From assembly GCA_012295275.1 (NCBI GenBank), contig CM022679.1, forward strand, positions 11,966,001 through 12,030,000: a DNA stretch of 64,000 nt, in the 5' to 3' direction. The DNA is from Chrysomallon squamiferum. Its lineage: Eukaryota; Animalia; Mollusca. Positions 50,304-64,000 of this stretch are shown piece by piece. Each line of letters opens with the position of its first letter. Position 1 is the stretch's first letter. Both the position numbers and the translations under genes were made by a program. Below the pieces are notes generated by a model that did no database searches, was not told the DNA's origin, and saw nothing but the letters and a program-made list of their open reading frames with translations.

Positions 50304-52374
50304 CAAAATATATTATTTTCATTTACAACTGTTAGCTATCAATCAAAAGCGCCCAGTGTATTATACTAAGCACTGACTACTCAAATAGCTCAGATGTTTT
50401 CTTTTGATTCCGGTCTTGTCTGTTTTCCACATCTTTCACCAGTCAGCTATTGTCAGCTTCCTGTCTATCACCTAGACCTTTACTACTGGCATTTTGATAC
50501 CTCCAAACAACAATTTACTTTTCAAAGATATTTCTCTTATTTAGATTAGTTAGGAACGCATGCATTATGTTGTTGTTTTTTCATGACTTAATCCCATTTC
50601 TAAATGTTACAATTTTACTTTAAATGTTGTAACATTAATTATGGATAATACATATCTGATATATTTGCCATCTTACAGCGAGAAAAACGGTGTACCATTA
50701 ACGTGTTCACGCCTTATTTCTGAACATGGCAAAATGGTTTGGTGTACGTGTGTTGTTTTTCCTCATTTATGCGAAATACATTATTCTGCTCATTTAGTTT
50801 CAGCCACAAAATTTGCGCACCACTGCGGTGTGTTGCCGTTGCTCTTTTGAGTGGCAGAAAGGGATGAAAGGTTGGTTGCTATCAACGTCTCTTATCTTGA
50901 TGAAGTGCACGTGTCGGCGAAGCACAGGCGAATAGAGAAACAAAGAAATTAATGTATACAAAACACGTCTGTTTGTCTCTTTGAAGTCCACTATGTGTGG
51001 AAACAGAACTCCCCACTCTCGACTGAACGTGGTGCTTGGCGAGTTCCCGTGCCAAACGGAAGGCAATTAGAACTGATTGAAAGGCCTGAGTCTGTCGTTA
51101 CTCAGGCTAACAGATGTCGACGTGCAAACCTGGGCATCGTTATTCCTCATGCACGTGTACATGTGAGAGCATATATTATGTAATGCATACAAATTCAAAT
51201 ACAGGTAAATTGTAAACAAATATATTATGAGACATTGGTATTGTGTGTAAAATATATCTAACAAGAATATATAATTATATATATATATTTATATTTATTC
51301 TGCTATCAATGTAATTTCTGTATTTTCGGGCACTGACCAAAAATATGCCTTTTTGGGGACGGAATTGTATTTATTTAATTAAAATACTTGTTAATTAGAC
51401 ACACACACACACAGACAGTGTTCAGTGAGCGAAAAAGTGTTAATATTTAAGAACTATTTTGTTTTGCTATATGGCAATAACGAATTAAACATGCGTGAAT
51501 TTATGATAGTTGGTAAATAAATCATTAATTTTTATTCAGTTTTTGTAGGTTGGTACATACATACATACAAACATACATACATTCGAAATTAGGCGATAAA
51601 TCAGTGGGAAAAAAAAAAATCAATGACTGCTTAATTATGATTGATTGCATCACCTGGCATTGATTCATTTTGTGTAAATACTTTTAACTACACTTGATAA
51701 AATCATAAATCTTTTAACAAGGTTAATTCAGATTTTAAATCATAATGCTGAGTTTACCGAGTGTAAATCCTTCAAACAATATGAAAATAGGATTTAAAAA
51801 CCATCTAATGTTTTGACTGTTACATATACATTTAGTGATAAAGAAAGGCAAGAGGAACGAAATGAAAAAGTCAGTTTTCAAACAGAGATTGTGCATAATC
51901 ATTTTCAAAGAGATTTTCATGATTATGCTAATCAAGTACTTCATCAAGTACAGTGTGTTCAATAAAATTAGTGGGAAAACTAGCAAGGTTTCAGTAAATG
52001 AAGTCAGACTTTAGAAATTAAATTACTTTAATGCAATTTATAAATTATCTTTTCGAGGTGTATAACAAGGTAACAGTTATAAACCCACACAGGAGCTAGC
52101 TGTGTATGAAACTAACTAGTAACCAACCAACCATTTAACTAACTAACTAACTATTATTATTTCAAAAGTATTCACTGGAGAGGCAGAATGGAATATTTCA
52201 TTGTTAAAAATAAGTAATCAATGCTAACAACTTGTTTGCAATATCAAAGTATGTTGCTTTGTTAGGTTTGCCTGCCGCTTTTATTAATCTATTCTGATTA
52301 CTTAATACTATTAGTTACAGCAATTCTGACAACAAAAACAACAACGATAATAAAAATAATGACTGTGATGAATA

Positions 52375-52527
52375 TACTACTACTGATACTATTATAACAA
52401 CAACAAAAGCTACTACTAATACTACTACAACTACTATTACTATTACTATTACTATTACTACTACTACTATTACTATTACTAACTAATACTACTAATACTA
52501 CTACAACTACTATTAGTATTACTGTTA

Positions 52528-52576
<49 letters not shown>

Positions 52577-52595
52577 CACTACTACTACTACTAAT
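52375..52595. repeat. (ACT)n / (ACTATT)n compound microsatellite
   Basis: Visible triplet and hexamer runs; explain the poly-V/SN ORF. Confidence 0.9.
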
Positions 52596-53501
52596 AATAA
52601 AAATAACATGGAACAAAACAAACAATTCACATGTAAAGGTTTCTCACGGAGACATTCACGTTTAGTAACCTGGTAGATAGGAGAAAGACGCGTAATTTTG
52701 AGGAATGCTGTTCCGAAGTGAACTGTTTCCCGTGGAGTGACACTCGTGTTATCTCGATGACAAATATACTAGTCCCAGTGATTGATGTTGAGATCAGGCG
52801 GCTGATTTACTCGTATACAATAGCCGAACCGGACCCCACTTGACTTGCAGTAGGAAGAAGGACAATGGCGGGACATCTCTCGGTGGATTTAATGAAGACC
52901 CTCTGCGTGTTCTCGAGACTAGAGGCTTTTGTCTCCACTTACAAAGTTCTTAAACATGCACGACCTTTGAACCGCTCTACACATTGTGCTGAAGTGTCGC
53001 TTCGTTGAAAATAAAGGGTGGGGTAATGTATACCTGACTAAGATATCTCTATTGTTCTGTGACACTGACTTTTTTTTATTGGCTCTTCTCTCTCTCACCC
53101 TATATAAGATGATTGATGTTTAATGTTTAAACTTTGTAATCAGTTCATCTCATTATGAACCCCCTCGGATTCTCAGTTTAAGAGTTACTGACACTCATTT
53201 CAGGGCCATTTCCGAATTAATAACAAGAACAAATAAGCAAGAGATTAACATTCATAATTTGTTTCCAAAACTGAAAGCTACAGAAAGTTATTTGTTACTG
53301 CTGTTCTAGTTGTTTAGATAAATATTTATTGTAGAAATGTATACGCATTCTTGTAATTAATTATGTTTGTGTCTGTCTTTATACGTCTATATACTTAAAT
53401 TTGTTTATGTCATAAACATACACGGAGTTTACATTACGTAAGTTTGTATTAATAAATATATGTTAGATAGATAGATAAACAACAACAACAACAACAACAA
53501 C

Positions 53502-53535
<34 letters not shown>

Positions 53536-54068
53536 TAATAATAATAATAGTAATAATTAAAAAAAAAAAAACTAGTAGAACATTAAGTTTAATAATAGAT
53601 TTAGAAAAGGACCCCCGGCTTTCATTGTGTTTACCCAAATATACCCCACTTGTGGCTATCTGTTAACATGCACGCAAGTTCAGCAATAATCATAAATTAA
53701 AGTTCTCATTAAGCGGTAACTCGACCTGACACTTTGTGACACGACTCTTCACAAAGGGGCATAAATCCTGGCATAAATTCAAATCTGTTCCATACATGGC
53801 CAACCTGACATTGTCGAGATGCATAAATTACATCTGTGAGGGCTATGTTTTCAAAAGCATAAATCATCAGAAAACACATATAACAAATCTTCACAATTTC
53901 CCTGGCTTTCTTAAAATATTAATGTTACCATTGTGCGTGATTAATGGACACTAGGCTTCCCGTTTTATAAAATAGGACGACTTTTATTACAAACTGCCTT
54001 AAGATCCATGAAGTAAACATCTGCATTTGCTGTTACTTCTGAAGACTAATGGCACTAATCGTTTCTCT

Positions 54069-54099
<31 letters not shown>

Positions 54100-54778
54100 A
54101 TAGTCAACACATTTTTTGTCGGATATCAGATTTCATTCCTTTAATAGATGGACATTTTTGCCTTTAAAAACCACGATGAAGATTCTTTCTTATCACTACC
54201 ATCTGTTTCACAAGAAACTTTTAAAAATGCCAATATGGTATAAAAATTGAAGGTGTAATTAGCTTCTTTTAACGATCACCTGAGTATAGATAAATAGGTC
54301 CGATAACTGCGTGTCTTTTTGGCACTAATATGTCTTTTTCTTTCTTTCTTTCTTTCTTTCTTTCTTAATCTCTTTTTTTTTTTTTTTAACAAAAATGTAT
54401 CCAGCCGAATATATGTCTAGGTTAGATTAATTTAACTGAAACCATATGTTTAAAAATATCAGTTAAAATATTAACGTACATATATAATTTTACATTAATA
54501 CTTCGGAATGTTCTAGTTAACTTACAAATAATTCCTTCTGTATTAATATAATATAGAAAAGACTGTTAGAGTAGTATGAGTAGTGTTAGGAGTGTTAGTG
54601 GTGGTAATAGTAACAATTGTGGAAATAGTTATGGTAGATTTAGTAAGCGGTAGTAGTAAAGATGATTATAGTGATGATGATGATGAAAAAGAAACAGACT
54701 ATTTTGTATTTTATAACTGTTGAAAACAGCAGAACATTATTCATTATACTGTGAATATATACTCAACCAGACAAACTA

Positions 54779-54845
<67 letters not shown>
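54779..54845. repeat. (AAT)n microsatellite
   Basis: Pure AAT run. Confidence 0.95.
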
Positions 54846-54852
<7 letters not shown>

Positions 54853-55746
54853 AATAATATTATTATTAAAAATTAATAATTAATAATAAAATAAAATAAG
54901 ACATTACAAAAATGTATTTAACAATAGACTTTTTTTTTTTTTTCTATTTTTTTTTAAATTAAACAAACCAGTAACAGTTAACACCACTTCCACAATTTAT
55001 GTATTCCGTTCAAAATAAACGAACCTGTTTGCGGGCGTAAAAGCGGAGCTAAATTTAAATAATAGCTCTCTGTTTCGAGTAATTTATAACTAACTTTGGA
55101 TAGCTGTTTATCGAAGGATCAACTACTCTCTTAAGACTTGAAAAGGTCCGAAATTCCACGAAAACCATAAAGAAAATTTACGATCACAGGTAACCCATTG
55201 ATGGTGATAACAGTAGCTAGAACGCAGGTATCAGATAGTGTTATCTATACGAAATAAATCACCTGCCGTGTTTAGAGATATTCGTCATTGTCCTGAAATT
55301 AACAAGCTTTCTTGGCGCTTGGTCGACACAAAGAAACAAGATTTCGAGAAGCATGTGGAAGGTGTTACAGGTATTATACTATCAAGTGATAAAACGCGAG
55401 AGAAAGAGAAAGAGAGATAAAGAAAGACAGAGAGAGACACACAGAGATAGAGATAGAGTAAAAGAGACAAAGAAGAAGAAAAATAGAGAAGAAAAGACAT
55501 AGAAGAGAGAGATACAGAATCTGAGAAGTATAGCTATATGTAGACAGACAGATCGATAGATAGACATATATATATATACCATAGCTAGAAACATAATAAC
55601 TAGCTATATAGATAGATGAGAAAGGTAGAGTGAGAAAGAGAAAGAGAGAGAGGGGATTGGTAAGGAATATTATCCAATGTCTATGATAATTAAATAATCT
55701 TTTCCACAAAACATAAATATAGAAGAATTTAAATTTACTTACAATA

Positions 55747-56125
55747 TAAGTATAAAATGGAAACTTGAAAACTTAAGGGGAAACAAAAACAAGAAGAATA
55801 AGTCGAATAAGTAGAAAAGAAACCCACAAAAACAAAAGCAGCAACAACAACGACAAGAACAACTACAACATCATCAACAACAACAACAACAATAAATAAA
55901 TAAAATAAAACAGCCAGCATAATTGTCTAAACATTTAGTAGCTATTAATAGACATTAACTGCGAAGGAAATAAGTATAAAATGGAAACTTAGGAGGCGAA
56001 ACAAAATAAAAAAAAACAAAAAGAAGAAGAAGAAAAAAAGACAAGAAAAAACAACCAGCCAGCCTAATTGTCTAAGAAATTAACAGATTCTAATAGATAT
56101 TAACTGCGAAGAAAATCAGTATAAA
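55747..56125. repeat. Local degenerate tandem duplication (~2.5 copies, unit ~145-220 bp)
   Basis: CAGCCAGC.TAATTGTCTAA...TAATAGA.ATTAACTGCGAAG.AAAT.AGTATAAA occurs at ~55911 and ~56056. TAAGTATAAAATGGAAACTT occurs at ~55747 and ~55971. Confidence 0.75.
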
Positions 56126-56892
56126 TAAATAAAAAATTAAAAATTAAAAAAAAAAAGAAATAAGACTGAAATGTGCTTTAGTCTATTTCGCAACTTTATT
56201 ACGTTCTTTATTTAAATCTAGAAAAAAAAAAAAAAAAAGTCTCACAAAGAATTTGTTTCCGGATCGGTGAAAAGCAATTTGTTGAAAAGCTTTTAGCTAA
56301 ACTCTTAATTTACAATACGTCAAGACGTGTCTGTTTTGACAAACTCACAACAAATGATTCCTGATGGTTCTGTCATCTCAGGCTGAGAGCTGAATAATGC
56401 AATTGGCGGGAGGTAATTGATGGGTGTCGGTGTGCAGTCACAACCAATGTGCATTGCAACCTTTCACTTTGAAATGCTACACGCAAGAAGAATTTCAGTC
56501 TAGAGGGTATACATGAGGGTTGTACTAAAAGAGGTTCTCGTATGGCTTTGTCATGTTGATAGGAGACTACCAATTACCCATTACAGGCATTGTGTTATAT
56601 AACCATACAGAGTTGTCAAGTTATTAGTAGCTTGGGCGAATGCCCCCAAGACATTATTAACGTCGCAGAAAGACACAAATCAATGAATGTTACATACCAC
56701 TGTGGAATATAAGAAAATGTAATGCTTGTATGGCGAGACATAAACAAATTATCATCGACTGTTAATACAAGCAGTATTGGTGCTAAGCCAAGACGACAGC
56801 ATTTAGCCCACACGTGTTATTAGAATCGAGGCTGTTGGATAGTTTGTCCATAACAGACGTTCTTGAATCTTCATTTAGTTAAGAGAATTACG

Positions 56893-57150
56893 CTCTCTGT
56901 TGTATGCCAATCCCTCTCTACTGCTTGTCTGTTTTTGTTATAGGCATGACTATGCATATCTCGCTCTAATATATGTCTTTTCCTCTTCATTGCTTTCTTG
57001 TTTTTCTCTAATGTGTATCTGTTCTCACTGTTGTATATTTGTTCCTCTCTAATGAATGTTTGTTTCTCTCTATGTATATCTGTGTCTCTCTAATGCAAAT
57101 CTGTCCCTCTCTAATGAATGTCTTTTTCTCTCTAATGTATGTTTTTCTCT
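56893..57150. repeat. 20-21-bp minisatellite (core TCTCTAATG), about 7 copies at 57005-57150 plus degenerate upstream copies
   Basis: Repeated TCTCTAATG.A/T.T.TGT units between 57005 and 57150. Confidence 0.75.
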
Positions 57151-60100
57151 GCTGTTTGCATGTCTCTGTCAGTGTCTGTCTGTCTCTGTGTCTGAACAAA
57201 AATTCAGATGTAACAGTATTTATTTTATCTTCATTGACATTAAATAGACCATAGCGAAAAAAGAAAAGAAAAGAAAAGAAAAAAAGAATAAAATCACGAA
57301 CACAAACATAATTATATAAACAAATAAATGGACCTTCCCAGAAAGATACTGATTAACACAAACAATAAATTTGTATGTATGTATCTATGTATGTATGTAC
57401 GTATGTCTATATAATAAGCATAGTAATAAATAAAACATAAGCACCTAGAAGAAGAAGAAAAAACCCACTAATTAATATATATATATATATATATATATAA
57501 AGAAAAAGAAAGAAAGAAAAATAAAACCATATCAAATGAAATAAACGACTAAAAGTTAATATTTAATAAATTCTGGCCATGAAATTTTTAACCTTGTTGA
57601 CAAAAAACTACACATGTAGAAAAGAAAAAAAAAAAAATTAGATAATTAATTGTAGAAAAATATTTTTCTTTAATCGACAGCCTGTGTACACTTATTACCA
57701 AAATTTCGCCATTTTCAATTGTTTTGGAAGTAGCTCTTCGCAAAAGGCGGAAAGCCGCACGTGCCGTTTCAAGAGCGATCAACAAGACCCGCAATTGTTT
57801 GCATCGGCAATCACGTGGCCTCCCTGCAGGTGATCTCATCAGCTCGTCAGATGGCGCGAGTTTGCACCACGCCAAGGGTGGGGAAACGTCACTTAAACAA
57901 GAGATCGGTAGCGAGGCCTCTGATTTATGCACAATGGAGTTGTTGTTCGTGGCTGCCCGTGGAGTGTTTTAGTACACTGTCGTTTTCTTTAGAAGAAAAA
58001 CCACATGTTTCCTGGAATCAAAATATAAATTAATTGTTTTTAATAGACGCGGTGTTTTTTAGTGACTGTATTTTCCAACTGCCAGAGACATTCCCCGATG
58101 TAGATAAAGAAAAACAAGGAAATTTTATTTAAAAAAAAAAAAAAAGAAAAAAGTTTTTTTTAAAGGGGTTAAAATTGCGAACACACCTGTCCGAGTTTGT
58201 CATTCGCCACGTTTCCGCAATTAAGCTAAGTGTTTATTATTTCATCCTTCAGGAAGAAAATTATAGAAGCAATAATTAAGAATAAATAAATAATGCTATT
58301 GTGAAATCTAATTCATTACAACTGTTTTTGTTGGAGTTTTTTGTGTGCAGAAGTGAATAATTATGAAGAAGCGAATTTGTGCTTCTGTGTATGTATATGT
58401 TTGCACGCATGTATGTGTGTATGAGTGTGTTTTTGCTTCTGTGTATGTGTGTGTTTGTGTATATCTATGTGTATGTGTTTGTGTGTTTGTATGCGTGTGT
58501 GTTTATCTGTACCTGAATATATATCTACAGGTATATTATTTTTGTTTACCTATAATGAAATTTTGATAATGAATATTAGACAAAAGCTAATTTATGAAAC
58601 ATATATATAATTTGATATGCTAAAATGAATAGGTTTTAATACGTAGCGTATATTAAAAAAGAAAAGTAATTTATTAAACAATACCTACTGATTCGACAAA
58701 CTGGAAAAATCTAGACAGGTTGTTTTGTTTAGCTGTATAAGCATCTAAGTTTACATAACCAAAGTTACCATAGTAACACTGATTATAAGGCTCTGCTCTG
58801 GATGGTAACCGAGTCCAAAGACAAATGAAAGATTTGTTATAGACTGATAAATTCAATACGAGGCCGTTTTGTTCTGATATACTGTTTGAGCGCTTTCAGC
58901 ATATTTTATGCGATGAAAGGTCTTGTTTCTCATTGATATTCCAGTCCATTGTCGGCCATGTCGCCTTTCCAGATTAAAATGTTGTTTATTGGAAGCTTTA
59001 ATCCGATCCCAAACAGCTTTTCAGCTCTTGTAAAGATAAAGGTTGTTTATTGTCACTTTGTTGCGGGGTCAATGTCATTAACCGGCCCATTATACTCGTA
59101 AAGTAAGCTTGAAAGTACAGGAATTCTTGTTACAATGTCACATATGCGCCTTTAAGATAATTTGCCAATAATTTACAAGACTTGGGCGCTGACCGAAAAG
59201 GCAGGTTACAGCGAAACAGATGCAAAAGTGCCGGAAAGTCCGATAACTGACCTTGTTTCCGTGTTCTGAACGCGGTGTCTTGCAGCACTGAGTTATCGGC
59301 TAATTACATTCTGTGTTTAATAGTGTCTGAATACAAGAGTGGCGTACTTACGTGCCGATAACATGTGTCGGAAAGCGACTGTAAACAAACAGACACACAC
59401 TAACATTTACACAGATTTTTCACTTTAGTTTTCCTCTTCTTTTCTGTCCTCAGAGTTATTTCTGGTTTGTTTATTAATGGCTCTCTTTTTATTCTCTCCT
59501 TTTTTGTTTGTATTTGCTTTATTTCCCTTTTATTATTAATTTATTATATCTCAGAAAGAGAAGCTGTTTCTGTCTTATGACTGAAATGTTTATATTGATG
59601 TCTACAATGCAATCATTTTACATCTGGACTTAGTCTATGATGCAATAATAATAATAATAATAATCACCATCATCATCATCATTATCAACAACAGCAACAG
59701 ATAGAATAGCTGACTTAAAGCAACATATATTAACTATCTCAAATTTATTACTTTTGAAACGAAACTCCTTGAAATGTCTATACAACCCTCCATGAGATAT
59801 TCCTATTCATAAAATCTCACAAAGTTTGATTATTTATTTAATGGTTTTTTTTTTTTTACCTCAGTGAATCTTTAAATTAAATTATACGAATTACCTATAA
59901 TTACGTGAAACATGTAAATATATTTCGGTGTGCAAATGTGCTTGCAAGTGTTGACTTTTATCTGTATTTGCATATTTAAATATTATGATATATTGTAAAT
60001 ACATTATAATTAACGATGTAGGCTGTGTGAGAAAATGGATGTTGAGGGAATTTTTATATGAATAATACATTTTGATTTTACGTTTTCGTTGTAAGAAATA

Positions 60101-60920
60101 TTTTATAGCAAATTGATAACAATAAAACTGTAGGATCAACAATTTTAATAATTCTAATCGCACCAGAAGACAATGCAACTAGAAGAGAAAAAAAGCAGCA
60201 GTATTTGCAACAACATCAACACCAACATTTTCTTTTCAGCTGAGGACATGATTTTTTTGTTGTTTTTTATGTTCTTTTAAATACGTTAAAATGTTTGAAA
60301 ATATCCGCCAGTAAGTCTGCTGACATACATTTTAGCCGATTAATGATCATGACAACTCTTTGAAAATTCTATAATTATTATACTTAGCACAGTATCCTGA
60401 CATGAACATAACAGCTAATTTGTCTTATCGGCTTTATTATTAATTAGACTACTGTGTTTTGACCCGATTTGCTGTAATCAACACAAAGCACCGTCCAGCT
60501 GTCACAACCAATACTACTTTCTATATCCGCATGTCATTAACACATAACAAGCTTTTGCACGTCTAACATTTCTTCGGGATTAAATCGACCTTGTCGTCAA
60601 GAGAATAGTATTAGTCTGACAATGAAGCGCCAGTTTTCGGTTATCTCGAGTTACCTGCCTTTGTTGATCAGTAACCGTACCCGTAAGCTGGTACATAGAG
60701 TTTAAAAATGAACAAACAATTAAATAATAATTGTAACTGTTTTGTAAATACTCAATCATAAAAGGTAAGAATTATACCGGGAGGGAGGGTAAAATTAAAA
60801 AAAGAATGTAAAATATTTTGTTGATATCTCTATCTGGTTGTCACTAATTAAAATACGATGTTTTTTGTCATTTCACTTTCCATTTTTTTTTTTTCGTTTA
60901 ATGTCCTTTTAATCTTCAGC

Positions 60921-60922
<2 letters not shown>

Positions 60923-61007
<85 letters not shown>
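60923..61007. repeat. (CT)n microsatellite
   Basis: Pure CT run. Confidence 0.97.
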
Positions 61008-61010
<3 letters not shown>

Positions 61011-64000
61011 TGCACAACATGAAGCATCCGCACACACGTTTGTTCACTTAAGTATATACGTTATCGATCACAAGCATGGAGAACAGACTGTGAACTTGTC
61101 ACGTTATTGTCACAGATGTCGTTGGCGCTACATAACAAGATGTATTTTAACAGATAGCAACATTTTGTGACTAGGTAGACAGAATAATAAAATATGGCTA
61201 CACCTGTTGAACAGTTAGACGCCATGCCTCATTCATTACATTTTATTTTGTCATGGAAAAATAATGTTCTTAATTTAACGAGGTAAACTTTACATCATCA
61301 TTTCTCTAAACCGAACAAAGAAAGATTTAAGGAAAAAGTAGGTGTTTTTTTTGCACAGGTGTTGGGTTTTGTGAGCTTTTTCAGCGCATTTAGGGTGTCA
61401 GTATTAGAGGCATGGCTGATGCTCATTATGTTGGTTTCTAAGGAAATTAATTTACGTTTAACATTTTAATCACTCACAGTTTAAGAATATCTTTTTTTCG
61501 TATATCTTCAGTTTGCTCCTGATATTGATTAAATAAATTCAGACAAGAAAGCAGATGTGCAAACAGAGAAACTGGAAGGAATACAGACTGTTTAGAATGG
61601 ATGAAGAAGACGAATAGTAATAGGATTTTATGAATTTTTAAAGATAAACTACAAAAATTGATAATCGAACAAAGAATCAGTGTTTTTTTTTTTTTTTTTC
61701 TGTAAATAATAATTAAATCCTTTTCAAAATAATCAGATAAAAAAAAAAAAAAAAAAAAAATCTATTTCTTCATTTCTGAATTGATAAAAAAGCAAATACA
61801 CCGTATTCAGTTCCTCTGTAATTATTTACTTTACGATCCCGAAAGTCTTGCAGTCTCTTAGATGGCGCTGTGGAGTAGGGGGAGACTATCTGTAGTGGCG
61901 TTATAAATAACTTGAGGACTAATGGCGCTGCCTGCAGATGACATGGGCAAACGAGGCATTTACTTCTGAAATACTCTAGATCAAAGCAAATGGGTCCCTC
62001 CATCAAGAAGACTCAACATGAACAGTGATTGGAGAGGCAATTTCTGTGACGCCTGAAGACTTGCAAGTTGACAAGCTTATACTTTAGCGATGCAACGGAT
62101 GACGGAGACGTCGGTTATCCTATTAAGTGTTGCTTTATGGGCATAACGGCGTCGTGATCAAAGTGATGGCTTGACAGGTGATGGTCCTTAGAGAGGTTTA
62201 TAGTTAATGCAAATATGACAGGCCGCTAATCTCGTCAATACAAATGACAGCTGATATTTCCTTTCTAATGCAGAGAAACTGAATGTGCGGAAGAAACCCT
62301 CAAATTAAGCAAATACATCCAACACATTTTAATTTGAGACTTGTCGAAAATGCCTCCAGGCTTTTATCGACGTTAAGTATCAGTGGACATGTGAGTGTCC
62401 GGGTTTTAAGCTCGGCTGACATGAAAACACACGCCTGTTACAGGCAAACTACAATCTACATCACGCCATACTGCATGTGATTTTGCAACGGTTACTGTGA
62501 CAGTATTCTTAATATATTCTTAACATTAAATCCATCTGTTTAAATATCTGTCTTTTCCATCAGCACGACCATCTCACGTTTATATATTATATCTTCGAGG
62601 CTTGCAGTGAAAACATTATAGTCTGAATATTTTTAGCAATGAAATAAAATGTATTCACTACAGACTAAAAAAGAAAAATATTGTAAAAATAGTTAAGAAA
62701 ACGAAAAAGTACTAAAGTAAAATAAAATTAATGAATGAATGAACGAATGAATAAATAAATAAATAAATAAAAACAACAACAAAAACAAAACAAAAAGAAG
62801 AAAAAACCCAATTAATTTTGATAAAAAACGTAATTACATGATATATATCAATATCAATATCAATATCAATATTAATATATATAAAATCTAATATTACACT
62901 GCTTAGCAATCACGTATCAAACTGTCCAACCGTTTGACATTTAAAGTAATATTCATGTTTCATGTATTTCAATATGTCTATATCTAATATAATGACGGCA
63001 ATAACCTTCTTTTTTCAACACACACACACACACACACGTACAGTCACTATAATGAAGAAATAGAAAAAGTGACTAATGCCTTATTTGTACTGCTACGCCA
63101 ATAACACATTATTACGTTATAATTTAACAAGCAGTGCAGAAAAAGAGGTTCATATTGATCTTGTACTAGCTGTTACCGCCTCTTTCAAAGTGCTGCCGCG
63201 TTAAACATGGTTTCCCGGCTTGGAAAATTAATAAATTCTTAATTTACATTAATGTTTTTCCGAGTAATGGCTCCGGCTACGTCTGATGAGGAACCAAGGC
63301 GAAAGTTGACGTTCTGCAATAGCCATAAATCAAATTACAATAATAAGATTATCATGCTAACTCTGGCCGCAAAACCAGAAGAGCACCTTTTGTCCGCGAG
63401 AAAGCTGTCAATTGCCAAAGCACTGCAGCAGAAAATCACGCTGAAAAAAAGAAATAATAGCTCATTATTCTCAATTAAAGGTTCACAAAACGTGTACCGG
63501 CAGCCATCAATCAAAGCTTTTGCTTTCGAAAAGCAGTTTGTTGAATCGACACAGCGCCAAGACAGACATCGTGTAATCATTCTTACATTATATTAAATTT
63601 GAAGTAAGCTTTTGTCCATGTTGTCAGGCCGCACAGAGCGAACGATATTAAATGCGGTTTCTGCAAAGGGAAACGCTGTGGCGAATGATGCAGTTGTCCC
63701 ATTTGTAGCCCCAAGGGACGGATTCTGTATTCTTATCATCAAATAGTGATTAAACGGTGATGACGTAATAATTATAGGTTCGGGTTGTTTGCCGGGGGAA
63801 GTGAGGCAGCCACTCCATTATGGAGAGGGTGTATTTATATCATGTATGTCGTTTTTGAGCACGAAGGAGGATTTGGATTGTTAATGTTATATTACAGCAT
63901 CGAGGAGTTTGTGAATCAATGGACATCCGAAGATGTTATATCAGGTGGTTTTTTCAAAGTATCAACAACAAGTTCAACAACAGCAATGAATAAATAATGA

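Noticed and set aside
57588-58033. Three overlapping ORFs in a GC-richer island (similar cases at 36.6, 46.2, 50.8 and 63.3-64.0 kb)
   Set aside because: No protein family resemblance and no convincing splice-site pairs. Stop depletion is explained by higher GC; treated as candidate regulatory islands.

Overview
AT-rich, microsatellite-dense animal genomic DNA. A lophotrochozoan/mollusc-like origin is an inference from the protein sequences and composition, not something shown directly. Two intron-containing protein-coding genes can be rebuilt on the + strand from GT-AG junctions with consistent phase. (1) A secreted GH18 chitinase: 9 coding exons over 3219-8936, 539 aa, with signal peptide, intact FDGLDVDWEYP catalytic motif, Ser/Thr linker and C-terminal CBM14. 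It has a probable non-coding first exon and TATA/Inr promoter at about 1.9 kb. (2) A NET-family zinc-finger repressor (NocA/Elbow/TLP-1; vertebrate ZNF503/ZNF703): 2 exons over 23234-26128, 506 aa, with a CCAAT/CRE-rich promoter. One chitinase intron carries a decayed Tigger/pogo DNA transposon, and a roughly 480-bp element with long inverted repeats lies at 10.4-10.9 kb. The remaining ~50 kb has no recognisable coding sequence. It alternates between about 25-30 higher-complexity, CpG-containing islands of 0.3-0.8 kb and simple-repeat spacers. These islands carry clustered TALE (TGACAG/TGATTGAC), TCF, GATA and E-box/ACGTG motifs, which suggests a regulatory gene desert around the NET gene. The most unusual local structure is an E-box/CCAAT module with an exact 42-bp period at 12.4 kb. 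Nearly all other ORFs in the track are low-complexity artefacts. I found no clear novel coding system.
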